Shown here: one piece after another, positions 1 through 8,742 of the stretch
Layout: each line of letters opens with the position of its first letter
Position numbering within the stretch: position 1 is the first letter of the stretch
From: a virus
DNA length: 64,000 nt
IMG/VR virus record: IMGVR_UViG_3300045988_183940
Reading direction: 5' to 3' (one strand)
Position numbers and translations under genes: made by a program
Notes under the pieces: generated by a model
The model's input: the letters and a program-made list of their open reading frames with translations, nothing else
The model's database searches: none
What the model was told of the DNA's origin: nothing

Positions 1-1
1 G

Positions 2-469
2 ACAAAACTTTCAGCTGCACTTGCCGAACAGTACAAGGCTGGACTTGACCGTGCCAACCAGAAGCTAGACCGTGCGATTGAGGGTAACGACATAATGACA
101 AACGTTAAGACAACAGGGGACAGGCTAAGTGCAATAATGGACAACCTTGGAAGAGTCGAAAGCCCTACACAGGCGGTACAGCTTGCCGTTGAGGCGGTGC
201 AGGGGATAAACCAGACAACAGCTGACCTTGAAACAGCTTACGCTTCAGCAAAAACTGACAAAATGCTTGAAAAGGCTCAGGCTATGGCTGAGGAGAAAAT
301 ATCAAAGGCTAAGCAGAAACAGCTTGCTGAAAAGGCTGAAAAGGACATGCGTGCAATAGACAAGATGGCACAAAGGAAAGCCCCTACAAACTATAAGAAA
401 GTCAGGGAAGAGTACTTCAGGAAGAATCCTGACAAAATACCGCCAAGCATGAGAGGGCGTATAAAGTAA
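2..469 (+). CDS. C-terminal part of a protein whose start lies upstream of the window (Ala/Lys/Glu-rich, coiled-coil-like)
   Basis: The frame of ORF 95..469 stays open back to position 2, so the Met at 95 is internal. The segment is about 50% GC versus about 30% for the window. An RBS for the next gene follows. Confidence 0.5.
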   Translation, partial: TKLSAALAEQYKAGLDRANQKLDRAIEGNDIMTNVKTTGDRLSAIMDNLGRVESPTQAVQLAVEAVQGINQTTADLETAYASAKTDKMLEKAQAMAEEKISKAKQKQLAEKAEKDMRAIDKMAQRKAPTNYKKVREEYFRKNPDKIPPSMRGRIK

Positions 470-485
470 GGAAAGGAGAAACAGC

Positions 486-3245
486 GTGAATGTAAAAAAG
501 AGCATTAATAATATAAGGCTTGCTGTCCTAGTTATGATTTTGTCAATGTTTGTGGGAACTGGCGTAATATATGCCGACCCCCCACAGCAGCCTCAAAAGC
601 AGGAGCAGAACACAAATGCTAAAGTTTTAAAACCTGAAGAGCAGAAGGCTAAGGCAAAAGAAATATATACGGCATTGGAAAATATTAAAAACAAAGGGGA
701 CAAGGCAACAGAAGCTGATATAAAGGCGGCTAAGGAAAAAGGTGCAACTGACTCCCAGATTGACAATGCAAAGAAAGGAAATCTTCCAAAACAGGAAGAC
801 ATTGAAAAGACGGTTGCGGCTGGAGAAAGCGGAAAGGAATCAGCAAACCTTTTTGTAAATACTGTAAACCAGATTGAAACGGAGCTTTCAAAGTCAATAA
901 AGAAAGCAGTGACATCAATACTTGGAACTGTGAGCGTACTTCTTGTTGGAATAGCCACGCTTCAGGTGACACTTACAGTGCTTCCGCTCGTGTCACAGAA
1001 AGGTATAAGCCAGATTCCGCAAGGAATTTTTGCAAATGCACTTAAGTTTGGATTTGTTGCATGGCTTCTACAGGGGGACAACTGGTGGAACTTGACTCAG
1101 GACATAAAGACTTTCTTTATGCACGCAGGTATGAAATTTGGGGACGGAAAGTTTGCAAATGCTGACAAAGTCTCCACAGGGGACATCGCAAATTACATAA
1201 TTCTCGCACCGTTCAAGGTTATGGGATTTGTTACAGATGAGCAGATAAATCTGGTATGGAAAATGATGTTCATTTTAACGGGGCTTCTGCTTCTAATAGT
1301 ATGTATAAAAGTATTATGTGATTTCCTAGTGGCAGTAATAGAATATGACCTTTTAGGCGGACTTAGCGGAATATACATTATATTCCTGTTATGGGACAAG
1401 ACACAGAGCTTTGGAATGAAGGCGTTTAACCACATACTTGCTGGCGGACTTAAAATAATGCTTATAGTTGCATTTATTGGAATTACAGTTCAGGTTACTG
1501 AAGAGCAGGCGGGACTTCTTTCGGACGGACAGAAGCCAGCCTCAATATTCATATACTGTGGAATTGTTGCAATAATGAGCTACATGTGTTCAATAGCACC
1601 AGCACAGGCTTCGTCATTAATGACTGGTGGCGGTGGAGCTGCAACAGGTTCAGGATTTATCACTTCAATGGCTAAGCAGGCTGTGAGCGTTGTAACAACA
1701 ACTGCCGCTCTTGCTGTAGGTGGAGCTGGAATAATAGGTGCATTGAAAACAGCTGCTGGTGCTGGCGGTGGAGTAGGCGGATTTGTCAAGTCTCTAGGTA
1801 AGCAGGCAGGTAAGAAAGTTTTAAACAAGGGTAAGGACGTAATTGCCCCGTTTGGCGGAGCAAAGGACGCTGCCAAGGCGATGTTCTCAAAAGAAGGTGG
1901 CGGAGTTGTTGACAGGCTTCGTAATGCAAGAAACGCATACCGTAACAATAAAGGTGTGCTTGGTGCAAGACAGCGTAAGGCTTTAAGCAATGCCAAGAAG
2001 GAAAAACGTAAGGCTATTATTCAGGGAATCGCCTCAGTTGCAGAAAATGCAATAATGGTTGGCGGTGGACAACGGAGCATGGCTGAAGCAAGGGAAGCAA
2101 TAAGCAGAAACCTTTATAACGCAAGGCAGGGAAGTGCACGTTCCAAGGAAGTTCTTAACAGCGTCAAGGAAAGAATGGAAGCTCAAGGAATTGACCCTAC
2201 AGCTGGAATGGACAAGAAAGAGGAAGAGGATTACGCTAAGGCAATGGGAATGGAAATTTCTAAAGATTCTGACGATGTTCATGCAAACGACTTGACACAA
2301 GATGGAGACAGAACTTTCCAAGGTGGCGGAGTTGATGATATGAACGGAGTTAAGACAAATGTCACAGACAAATTCTCTGAAGTAGGAGAAGATGGAAAAG
2401 TAAATGCAGGTAAAAACGGAAATTGGAAAAATACGCAGCAGTATGTTGGAAATCAAGGTGCTGTCGCTTTTGTAAATGAAAAGACTGGAGAAGTTGCAAG
2501 ACAGGTTCTTGCTGGAGAAGATACATCTGGAAAGAAAGTCTTTACAGTACGTAATAGCAAGGGGCAGGAAGTACAAATGGTTAAAATTCAGAACTCAGCT
2601 GATGATACAAAAGGTGCAAAAGTAACAGCTTCGGGAAGAGTTATGGTAAGCAAGCAGGCAATGTCACATTCAGTAACTGCAAAGGTTGATAATTCATTTA
2701 ACACTCTTCGTAATATAGACGCTGTAACATCAATGCCTGAAATGCAGAATGTAAGTGTTGAAAATATACAAACTGCAACATTTAATATTCAGCAGGCTCA
2801 GGAAGTTTTGTCACAAGATTCTCAAAATCAGGCTGCTATGACACAGCTTTACGAAGCTACTCAGACGCTTGTTAAGGAAAGAAAAAACTTTACTGGAGAC
2901 CAGCAGCAGTTCAGAAGCGTTGTTAAAAATATTTCAAATGTTCAGACAGTGCAGACAGCAAACTATTCAAACATTGCTTCAAATTCAAGCGTTCCGTTTA
3001 CAGCTGAAGACAACAAGTCAATTGAAAGGTATACTGAAATTACAAGGGAACTTAATACAAACTCTGAAAACCTTTCAGACACTAAGAAAGAGCAGTTAAG
3101 GGAAGAGCTTGGAAAAATTGAAACCAAGTTTGAAACTAAGCACAATGTAAACCTTAAGAGCACTAAAGTTCGGAAGCAAATTGTAAAGGCTGCCAAGAAG
3201 GCTGGAAACATTAAAAAGAACATGAAGGACATAAAGAAAGTGTAG
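486..3245 (+). CDS. TrbL/VirB6-family type IV secretion inner-membrane protein with a long hydrophilic C-terminal extension
   Basis: GTG start 8 nt after AAGGAGA. Signal peptide, then about 6 TM helices, then a Gly-rich tract (TGGGGAATGSG...GAGGGVGGF) typical of TrbL/VirB6, then about 450 aa of hydrophilic tail. Confidence 0.55.
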   Translation: MNVKKSINNIRLAVLVMILSMFVGTGVIYADPPQQPQKQEQNTNAKVLKPEEQKAKAKEIYTALENIKNKGDKATEADIKAAKEKGATDSQIDNAKKGNLPKQEDIEKTVAAGESGKESANLFVNTVNQIETELSKSIKKAVTSILGTVSVLLVGIATLQVTLTVLPLVSQKGISQIPQGIFANALKFGFVAWLLQGDNWWNLTQDIKTFFMHAGMKFGDGKFANADKVSTGDIANYIILAPFKVMGFVTDEQINLVWKMMFILTGLLLLIVCIKVLCDFLVAVIEYDLLGGLSGIYIIFLLWDKTQSFGMKAFNHILAGGLKIMLIVAFIGITVQVTEEQAGLLSDGQKPASIFIYCGIVAIMSYMCSIAPAQASSLMTGGGGAATGSGFITSMAKQAVSVVTTTAALAVGGAGIIGALKTAAGAGGGVGGFVKSLGKQAGKKVLNKGKDVIAPFGGAKDAAKAMFSKEGGGVVDRLRNARNAYRNNKGVLGARQRKALSNAKKEKRKAIIQGIASVAENAIMVGGGQRSMAEAREAISRNLYNARQGSARSKEVLNSVKERMEAQGIDPTAGMDKKEEEDYAKAMGMEISKDSDDVHANDLTQDGDRTFQGGGVDDMNGVKTNVTDKFSEVGEDGKVNAGKNGNWKNTQQYVGNQGAVAFVNEKTGEVARQVLAGEDTSGKKVFTVRNSKGQEVQMVKIQNSADDTKGAKVTASGRVMVSKQAMSHSVTAKVDNSFNTLRNIDAVTSMPEMQNVSVENIQTATFNIQQAQEVLSQDSQNQAAMTQLYEATQTLVKERKNFTGDQQQFRSVVKNISNVQTVQTANYSNIASNSSVPFTAEDNKSIERYTEITRELNTNSENLSDTKKEQLREELGKIETKFETKHNVNLKSTKVRKQIVKAAKKAGNIKKNMKDIKKV

Positions 3246-3253
3246 GTGGGAAA

Positions 3254-4216
3254 ATGAAAAGCAGAAGTACCATCAGAAAGAATTTTATATTAAAAGCGGT
3301 TGTAATATCGCTTTTCATCATGGCAATGACATCATTTTCAGCACAGAATTACATTGTTGAAAGCCCAGACGGAACAACACTTGATGTAACGGCACTTATA
3401 AGATTTCTTGTAGGTGCTGTGTCAAAAGGGATGTCAGACTTTATTGACTCCTGCATGCCTCTTCTTGCAAGCCTTGCTGTTCTTGACTATGCGATAGCCT
3501 ATGTGGGATTAGCACGGAGCAGACCAAGGGAAGTTGTAATGGTGAGCATACAGAAATTCTTAAAGTATGGGTGCATATACTTTCTTGTAACAAACTGGTT
3601 CGGCGGAATAAATTTATCTATGCAGATTACAGAAATGATTACTGGAACTCTGGCAAATGAGATAGCAGGCGTAGGAGCTGATGAAAACTCAATGATTTCA
3701 ACAATACTGGCTGTTATTACAAGAAACCTTACGTACCTGTGGGAAGCACCGTTTACAATGATAGGTAATGGAAATGTGGCTGAGTTTCTTGGATTTATGG
3801 CATTTGCAATACCATACACAATAGCTCTTATGATACTGTCAATCGCAGCGATAGTTATTGTAGGGGAACTTTTAACAGAAACTATGAACGTAATTATAAT
3901 GGTTGCATTTTCAGCAATGTTCTTTATAATTGGAATGGTAAACGCATTTGGCGGAAAACTTATGAATCCTCTTAAGACCATAGTTGCTGTATTTATAAAG
4001 TACATAACTGTATACTGGCTCTACAATCTTTTATGGAGTGTAATACATAAGGTTGTTGAGAGCATAAAGATACCAGAAGGCTACACGGACTTTGACCCAA
4101 TGCTAATGCTAAAAGCGATGTGGTGTGCGGCAGTTGTGCTTTTCTCGCTTGTCATATTCAAGCTCCTCACATTCTCGATGATGAAGACTCTTGACAGCCT
4201 TGCAAGGCTTGACTGA
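3254..4216 (+). CDS. polytopic membrane protein, VirB6/TrbL-like
   Basis: Signal peptide plus at least 6 hydrophobic helices. Immediately downstream of the TrbL-like gene and upstream of the VirB11-like ATPase. Confidence 0.45.
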   Translation: MKSRSTIRKNFILKAVVISLFIMAMTSFSAQNYIVESPDGTTLDVTALIRFLVGAVSKGMSDFIDSCMPLLASLAVLDYAIAYVGLARSRPREVVMVSIQKFLKYGCIYFLVTNWFGGINLSMQITEMITGTLANEIAGVGADENSMISTILAVITRNLTYLWEAPFTMIGNGNVAEFLGFMAFAIPYTIALMILSIAAIVIVGELLTETMNVIIMVAFSAMFFIIGMVNAFGGKLMNPLKTIVAVFIKYITVYWLYNLLWSVIHKVVESIKIPEGYTDFDPMLMLKAMWCAAVVLFSLVIFKLLTFSMMKTLDSLARLD

Positions 4217-4298
4217 TAAACATTATAAGAAAAAAGGGGGATATAGTCCCTCTTTTTATTAAGATTAGACCTAAATATTTTATACGAAAGGGGGCAAT

Positions 4299-5753
4299 AT
4301 GGGAACTAACAATATATTTGATAATATTGACATATCGGACATACTTGATGAAAGCATGTCAAGTAAAAAAGATGACTCAGAAAAAGAGACAGACAGCAGT
4401 TCTGGCTCAGATGATGACAGCCTTGATTCACTAAGCTTCAATGAAGAGGGTTCACAAGATGGCAATTACATTGATACCCAAGAGGAAAATCTTTTGAAGA
4501 AAATGGATGACGACAGCTTTAACAGCATTATGGAAGAAGTTGAGGGAATGCACACTGAACATAAAAAGCAGGCATTTGAAAAAGGCGATATAGACAGCCT
4601 GTCAATGGATGACATCGTAAACAGTTCCGTAGAGGACACAATAAAGATGGCAACATCGGAAGTAACCTTTGACAAGAGCGTTATTGCAAACCTTACTGAA
4701 GAGCAGCTTTTAAAGATTGACAAGAACGACAAGATTTTCAACTACCTTACCCCAGACCAGAAGGAGTTCATACTGGATGAAGAAGCAAAGGCTTTTACAA
4801 TGAAGTCATTTGGGCAGGACATCATTGCATATATGAACAAGAAGGGAGTAATTGAAATCTCTCTTGAGCAGGACGGATTTATATGGGTTGAGGAATTTGG
4901 ACAGCCTGAACGTATAAATACTGGAATAAAGCTCTCAAATACGGACTCGACAAAGATAATCAAACTTGTGTCAAGGTTCAATGGACATACAATAACAAGG
5001 GAAAATCCAAAAATAGATGGCGTTACACCTAATGGAATGCGTTTTTCAGCACTTATGTATGACTGCGTCCAGTACAGGAACACATTTTCAATACGTAAGC
5101 CAAGCGGAATTGTAATACCTCTGTCGCAATACATTGACAGGAACATAATGACTGCGAAGCAGGTTGACTTTATCGCAAAGCAGATAATGGACAAAAAGAA
5201 CATCCTTTTTTCAGGGGGGACATCATCAGGAAAGACTACGTCCATAAACTCATTCATGACAGTACTTAAAGATTCAGGAGACAAGATTATAAGTATTGAG
5301 GACACGCCTGAGCTAATGCTCTCAAGCAAGATTTGGACAAGGCTTATCTCAAACAGGTACATAAAGCCAATTGAGCTTTTGCAACAGTGTATGAGACTTT
5401 CCCCAGACAGGATGATGATAGGTGAAATTCGTACAGGGGAAGTGACGCTTGAGTACTTAAAAGCGATGAACTCAGGACATAGTGGTGGTATTACATCAAT
5501 CCACGCAAATACAGCATATTCTACAATACTTAAGCTTGAGCAGTACCTGTCAGAAGTTCTTAACGGGGACTATTGGCGACTTATCAGTACAGCAGTTGAC
5601 ATGATTATAAACGTTGGAATAAATCCTGTCACGCATGAACGTCCAATGGTTAAGGAGATAGCAGTTCTTAAAGGCTACGACAGAAAGAGCGGCGACTACA
5701 TCCTAGAGGACGCAATGACAGGAAAACGGATTGAAACATTTGCAATTCAGTAA
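4299..5753 (+). CDS. VirB11/TrbB/CpaF-family secretion ATPase with an acidic Asp/Ser/Glu-rich N-terminal extension
   Basis: Walker A FSGGTSSGKTTSIN, Asp box IEDTPEL, Walker B MMIGEIR, His box GHSGGITSIHAN. Confidence 0.85.
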   Translation: MGTNNIFDNIDISDILDESMSSKKDDSEKETDSSSGSDDDSLDSLSFNEEGSQDGNYIDTQEENLLKKMDDDSFNSIMEEVEGMHTEHKKQAFEKGDIDSLSMDDIVNSSVEDTIKMATSEVTFDKSVIANLTEEQLLKIDKNDKIFNYLTPDQKEFILDEEAKAFTMKSFGQDIIAYMNKKGVIEISLEQDGFIWVEEFGQPERINTGIKLSNTDSTKIIKLVSRFNGHTITRENPKIDGVTPNGMRFSALMYDCVQYRNTFSIRKPSGIVIPLSQYIDRNIMTAKQVDFIAKQIMDKKNILFSGGTSSGKTTSINSFMTVLKDSGDKIISIEDTPELMLSSKIWTRLISNRYIKPIELLQQCMRLSPDRMMIGEIRTGEVTLEYLKAMNSGHSGGITSIHANTAYSTILKLEQYLSEVLNGDYWRLISTAVDMIINVGINPVTHERPMVKEIAVLKGYDRKSGDYILEDAMTGKRIETFAIQ

Positions 5754-5767
5754 TAATTTATATTAAA

Positions 5768-5793
5768 ACGGCAAAAAAGTGCCGTTTTTTTTT
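5768..5793 (+). terminator. rho-independent terminator after the ATPase gene
   Basis: Stem ACGGCA/TGCCGT followed by a T9 run. Confidence 0.6.
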
Positions 5794-5861
5794 ATTGTCT
5801 GCAATTTTTCATAAAATTAATTGATTTATATTAAATAATATGGTATAATCTAATTATAAAA

Positions 5862-6362
5862 TTGAAAGAAAGGAACAAATGTATGACAAACTGGTTTGAG
5901 CTGTACGAAGTTGCACGCTATGGCAGCTTTTCAAAAAATGAAACAATTATAATTATTATTGTAAGCAGCATTTTTATAGCAGTATCATGGCTTATACTTA
6001 CAACTACAAAAAGTGTAATTCTTACACTAATATCCTGCGTCATGATGATTATGTCTGCAATTGGCTTATATACAGGGATAGAGCATAGCATGAACCCAAT
6101 GGCAGCTAAAGAAGAGTTTAACAGAAAGCTCAACAGCGTTTCACCAAGCATTTCAAAAAATGACTTGATTGACACGGCAGACAAGCTGTTTAATTTCTGC
6201 AAGGACTACTACTCTGTAACAAACGGAAGTTTCTGTAAAGACAATCTTTTAAATGAATATACCTACAATATTGTATTTGACAGGATTTACAACAACGGAA
6301 GGACAAGCGATGATATTGAAAATGCAGTTAAGTATATAGAAAGTAAAAAGCGGAATAAATAA
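5862..6362 (+). CDS. family A paralog: membrane-anchored protein with a conserved Cys-containing C-terminal domain
   Basis: TM segments, then the C-terminal motif LFNFCKDYY...FCKDN..NEYTYN..F..Y shared with 6664, 7591 and 38967. The start may be the Met at 5883. Confidence 0.55.
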   Translation: MKERNKCMTNWFELYEVARYGSFSKNETIIIIIVSSIFIAVSWLILTTTKSVILTLISCVMMIMSAIGLYTGIEHSMNPMAAKEEFNRKLNSVSPSISKNDLIDTADKLFNFCKDYYSVTNGSFCKDNLLNEYTYNIVFDRIYNNGRTSDDIENAVKYIESKKRNK

Positions 6363-6389
6363 TATAAATTAAGAAAGGAGCAGAAATTT

Positions 6390-6644
6390 ATGATAAGTGA
6401 ACAAATTTTATCTTTTTTAGGAAAAGTTCCTGAAAAAGCGTCAGAACATGCGTCAGATATTAGTTTAAACATTTTATTTATTGTAATTATTATATTTGCA
6501 CTATGGGGAATTGGGGAAATAATTGATGAGTATGGAAATTATGATTCTCCAGCAGTACCACTACTTTTTATTACAACTTTTTCCGCAGGATTTATATTTA
6601 TAGCAGTTCTAATTGTAGACATTATAGTAGCACTAGCAAAATAA
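6390..6644 (+). CDS. small membrane protein
   Basis: 84 aa with two hydrophobic helices. RBS AAGGAG upstream. Confidence 0.4.
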   Translation: MISEQILSFLGKVPEKASEHASDISLNILFIVIIIFALWGIGEIIDEYGNYDSPAVPLLFITTFSAGFIFIAVLIVDIIVALAK

Positions 6645-6663
6645 AAGAAAGGACGGAATTTCA

Positions 6664-7254
6664 ATGACAGATTATTATGCAGTATTTACTAAGCTCACAT
6701 CTGCCGTTACACAGGATATACATATTCTTGAAAAGATAGAGCCGTTAAAAAAAACATTTTTTATATCAGATAATATAGGTAAAATTTGTCTTATATCATT
6801 ATTTATGTTTATAGTTATAATAGGTTTAATAATGTCATCTCAATTGACAGATAAAAGTAAGACGATTTTTTCAGGGATTATTATTTCAATAGGAATTATA
6901 ATATTCTGCTGGGCAGGCTTTAAATTTAGTGAATATGACGAAAAACAAAGGGAATATTCTGAAAAACGGCAACAATTTAATGACAGAGTTGCTGAAATAG
7001 AAGAAACGAAGTCTCAGACAAGACTTGTCAAGAAAATACTGGGAGAAAATGTGAACGCAAAAGAATTTTACCTTAAAGGGCAAAAGCTGTTTGATTTCTG
7101 TGAGTTCTACTATTCACAGGATGACCCAGAGTTCTGTAAAAATAATGAAGTGAATAAATACACTTTCAATAAAGTATTCAGTTCCATGTATGGAAGCGAT
7201 ACAAAAGATAGTATAAAAGACGTGGATAAAGCGTTAAACTATATAAAAAATTAA
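6664..7254 (+). CDS. family A paralog
   Basis: N-terminal MTDYYAVF, a TM segment, then the C-terminal motif GQKLFDFCEFYYSQDDPEFCKNNEVNKYTFNKVF. Confidence 0.6.
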   Translation: MTDYYAVFTKLTSAVTQDIHILEKIEPLKKTFFISDNIGKICLISLFMFIVIIGLIMSSQLTDKSKTIFSGIIISIGIIIFCWAGFKFSEYDEKQREYSEKRQQFNDRVAEIEETKSQTRLVKKILGENVNAKEFYLKGQKLFDFCEFYYSQDDPEFCKNNEVNKYTFNKVFSSMYGSDTKDSIKDVDKALNYIKN

Positions 7255-7270
7255 GAAAGGGAAACAGATT

Positions 7271-7585
7271 ATGGATGTTAAAAAATTAAAGGAAACATTG
7301 ACAACATTTTTAAAGACTGTCAGAAAGAAAATGGCAGACCCATTATTTATGGGGGAACATAACTTTGAAATTGAGGAGTCAGGAAAATACTTAAAAATTA
7401 AGTTTCATAATATAAAATTAGAGCAAATGGACGCATTTATAATAAACGTTGACACAGAAAGTGGAAAAATCACACCAGATATACAACTTATAGCTGAACC
7501 GAAAACATCAATAAACTACATCATTTCATTTGACGAGCTTTGCCAGAAAATAATGGATGTGATAAATGATGTAAAAGGAGAATAA
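7271..7585 (+). CDS. hypothetical protein
   Basis: 104-aa ORF with an RBS, sitting between family A paralogs. Confidence 0.45.
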   Translation: MDVKKLKETLTTFLKTVRKKMADPLFMGEHNFEIEESGKYLKIKFHNIKLEQMDAFIINVDTESGKITPDIQLIAEPKTSINYIISFDELCQKIMDVINDVKGE

Positions 7586-7590
7586 ATAAG

Positions 7591-8154
7591 ATGGTTGATT
7601 ACTATACTATATTTAAGGAATTGAATGACAATATACTTCAAAAGCCAACAGTTTTAAGTTCTGCTATAAAAAAGCCTATGGATATAAGTAATGTTAGTGC
7701 ATGGATAATTGGATTAGGTGCAGTAATTATGTTATTTTTAATATTTATATATCTTGCAGATAACGACCAAGTATGGGCTCTTATATGCGGATTATTAATT
7801 CCAGCTGGGATGTGGATAACGATAGTCTTCTTTCAAGTTAAGAATCAGAATTACATCAAGGCTTACGAGGCATATAACAGGCAGGTTAAAATAAACAAGT
7901 CGATAGAAAAACAAAGAAAACTTATAAACGAATATGTTCCAAACGCAATGCCTGACAGCTTCTATAAAAATGGGCAGAAAATATATAAGTTCTGCAAGTT
8001 CTACTATTCAGAAAATGACCCGAACTTCTGCAAGGACAACACTGCAAATAGATACACTTTCAACAAGATATTCAATGCAATTTATGGAAAAGATAATAAG
8101 CAGACTAATGAAAATGACTTACAGAAAGCTGTAAGCTGGATTGAGAAAAATTAA
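7591..8154 (+). CDS. family A paralog
   Basis: N-terminal MVDYYTIF, a TM segment, then the C-terminal motif GQKIYKFCKFYYSENDPNFCKDNTANRYTFNKIF. Confidence 0.6.
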   Translation: MVDYYTIFKELNDNILQKPTVLSSAIKKPMDISNVSAWIIGLGAVIMLFLIFIYLADNDQVWALICGLLIPAGMWITIVFFQVKNQNYIKAYEAYNRQVKINKSIEKQRKLINEYVPNAMPDSFYKNGQKIYKFCKFYYSENDPNFCKDNTANRYTFNKIFNAIYGKDNKQTNENDLQKAVSWIEKN

Positions 8155-8304
8155 ATATACAAACTTCCCTCTAGTTCAGGGAAGATTTTTATTAATTTAT
8201 TAAAATATTATCGGACATTAAAATTAATGTTAATTCAGCATTGACTTACATTAACATATATGATATAATCAAACTATAAAATACAGAAAGGACAAAGATT
8301 TATT

Positions 8305-8640
8305 ATGCTTTATATAATGGGAATAATCGTAGCATTTATTATAATATCATCCATATTTGAACTTGGAAGCGGTTCTTCAATGACAGATGGGGCTATGTCC
8401 GCAATGCTTTTGGTACTGGCAATAGGTGTATGGTTTATACCGAGCGGAAACAGTTCAAGCTCAAAGGCTAGTGATGAAGCAAAAGCACAGCAGGAAAAAG
8501 TCTTAAATCTTTGCAGGCAGAACCCTGTAACAAAGATGTATGAGGACAAGGGGACTAAATACGTTGTAATAAACAACGGGGTATATGCCGTTACTGGAGA
8601 ATATTGGGGATATTATAATCTCAATGAGAAATGCAAGTAA
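8305..8640 (+). CDS. family B paralog: small N-terminally anchored protein with a two-Cys C-terminal domain ending NEKCK
   Basis: One TM, then C-x(8)-Y...G..YVV...VY.VT.E.....NEKCK, shared with 13122, 13491 and 13783. Confidence 0.6.
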   Translation: MLYIMGIIVAFIIISSIFELGSGSSMTDGAMSAMLLVLAIGVWFIPSGNSSSSKASDEAKAQQEKVLNLCRQNPVTKMYEDKGTKYVVINNGVYAVTGEYWGYYNLNEKCK

Positions 8641-8742
8641 AAAAAAAGAAAAGATAGAATTTAATCTATCTTTTTTTGTTGACTTATGTTAAATAATTTG
8701 TTATAATAGAATCACATAAAATGAAAGGATGGTAACAGGACA

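Noticed and set aside
95-469. ORF track start of the first gene at Met 95
   Set aside because: The reading frame is open all the way back to position 2 with no stop. The gene therefore begins upstream of the window and Met 95 is internal.
1580-1996. Minus-strand 138-aa ORF inside the TrbL-like gene
   Set aside because: It is antisense to the Gly/Ala-rich coding tract and is Pro/Ala-rich low complexity. It is spurious.
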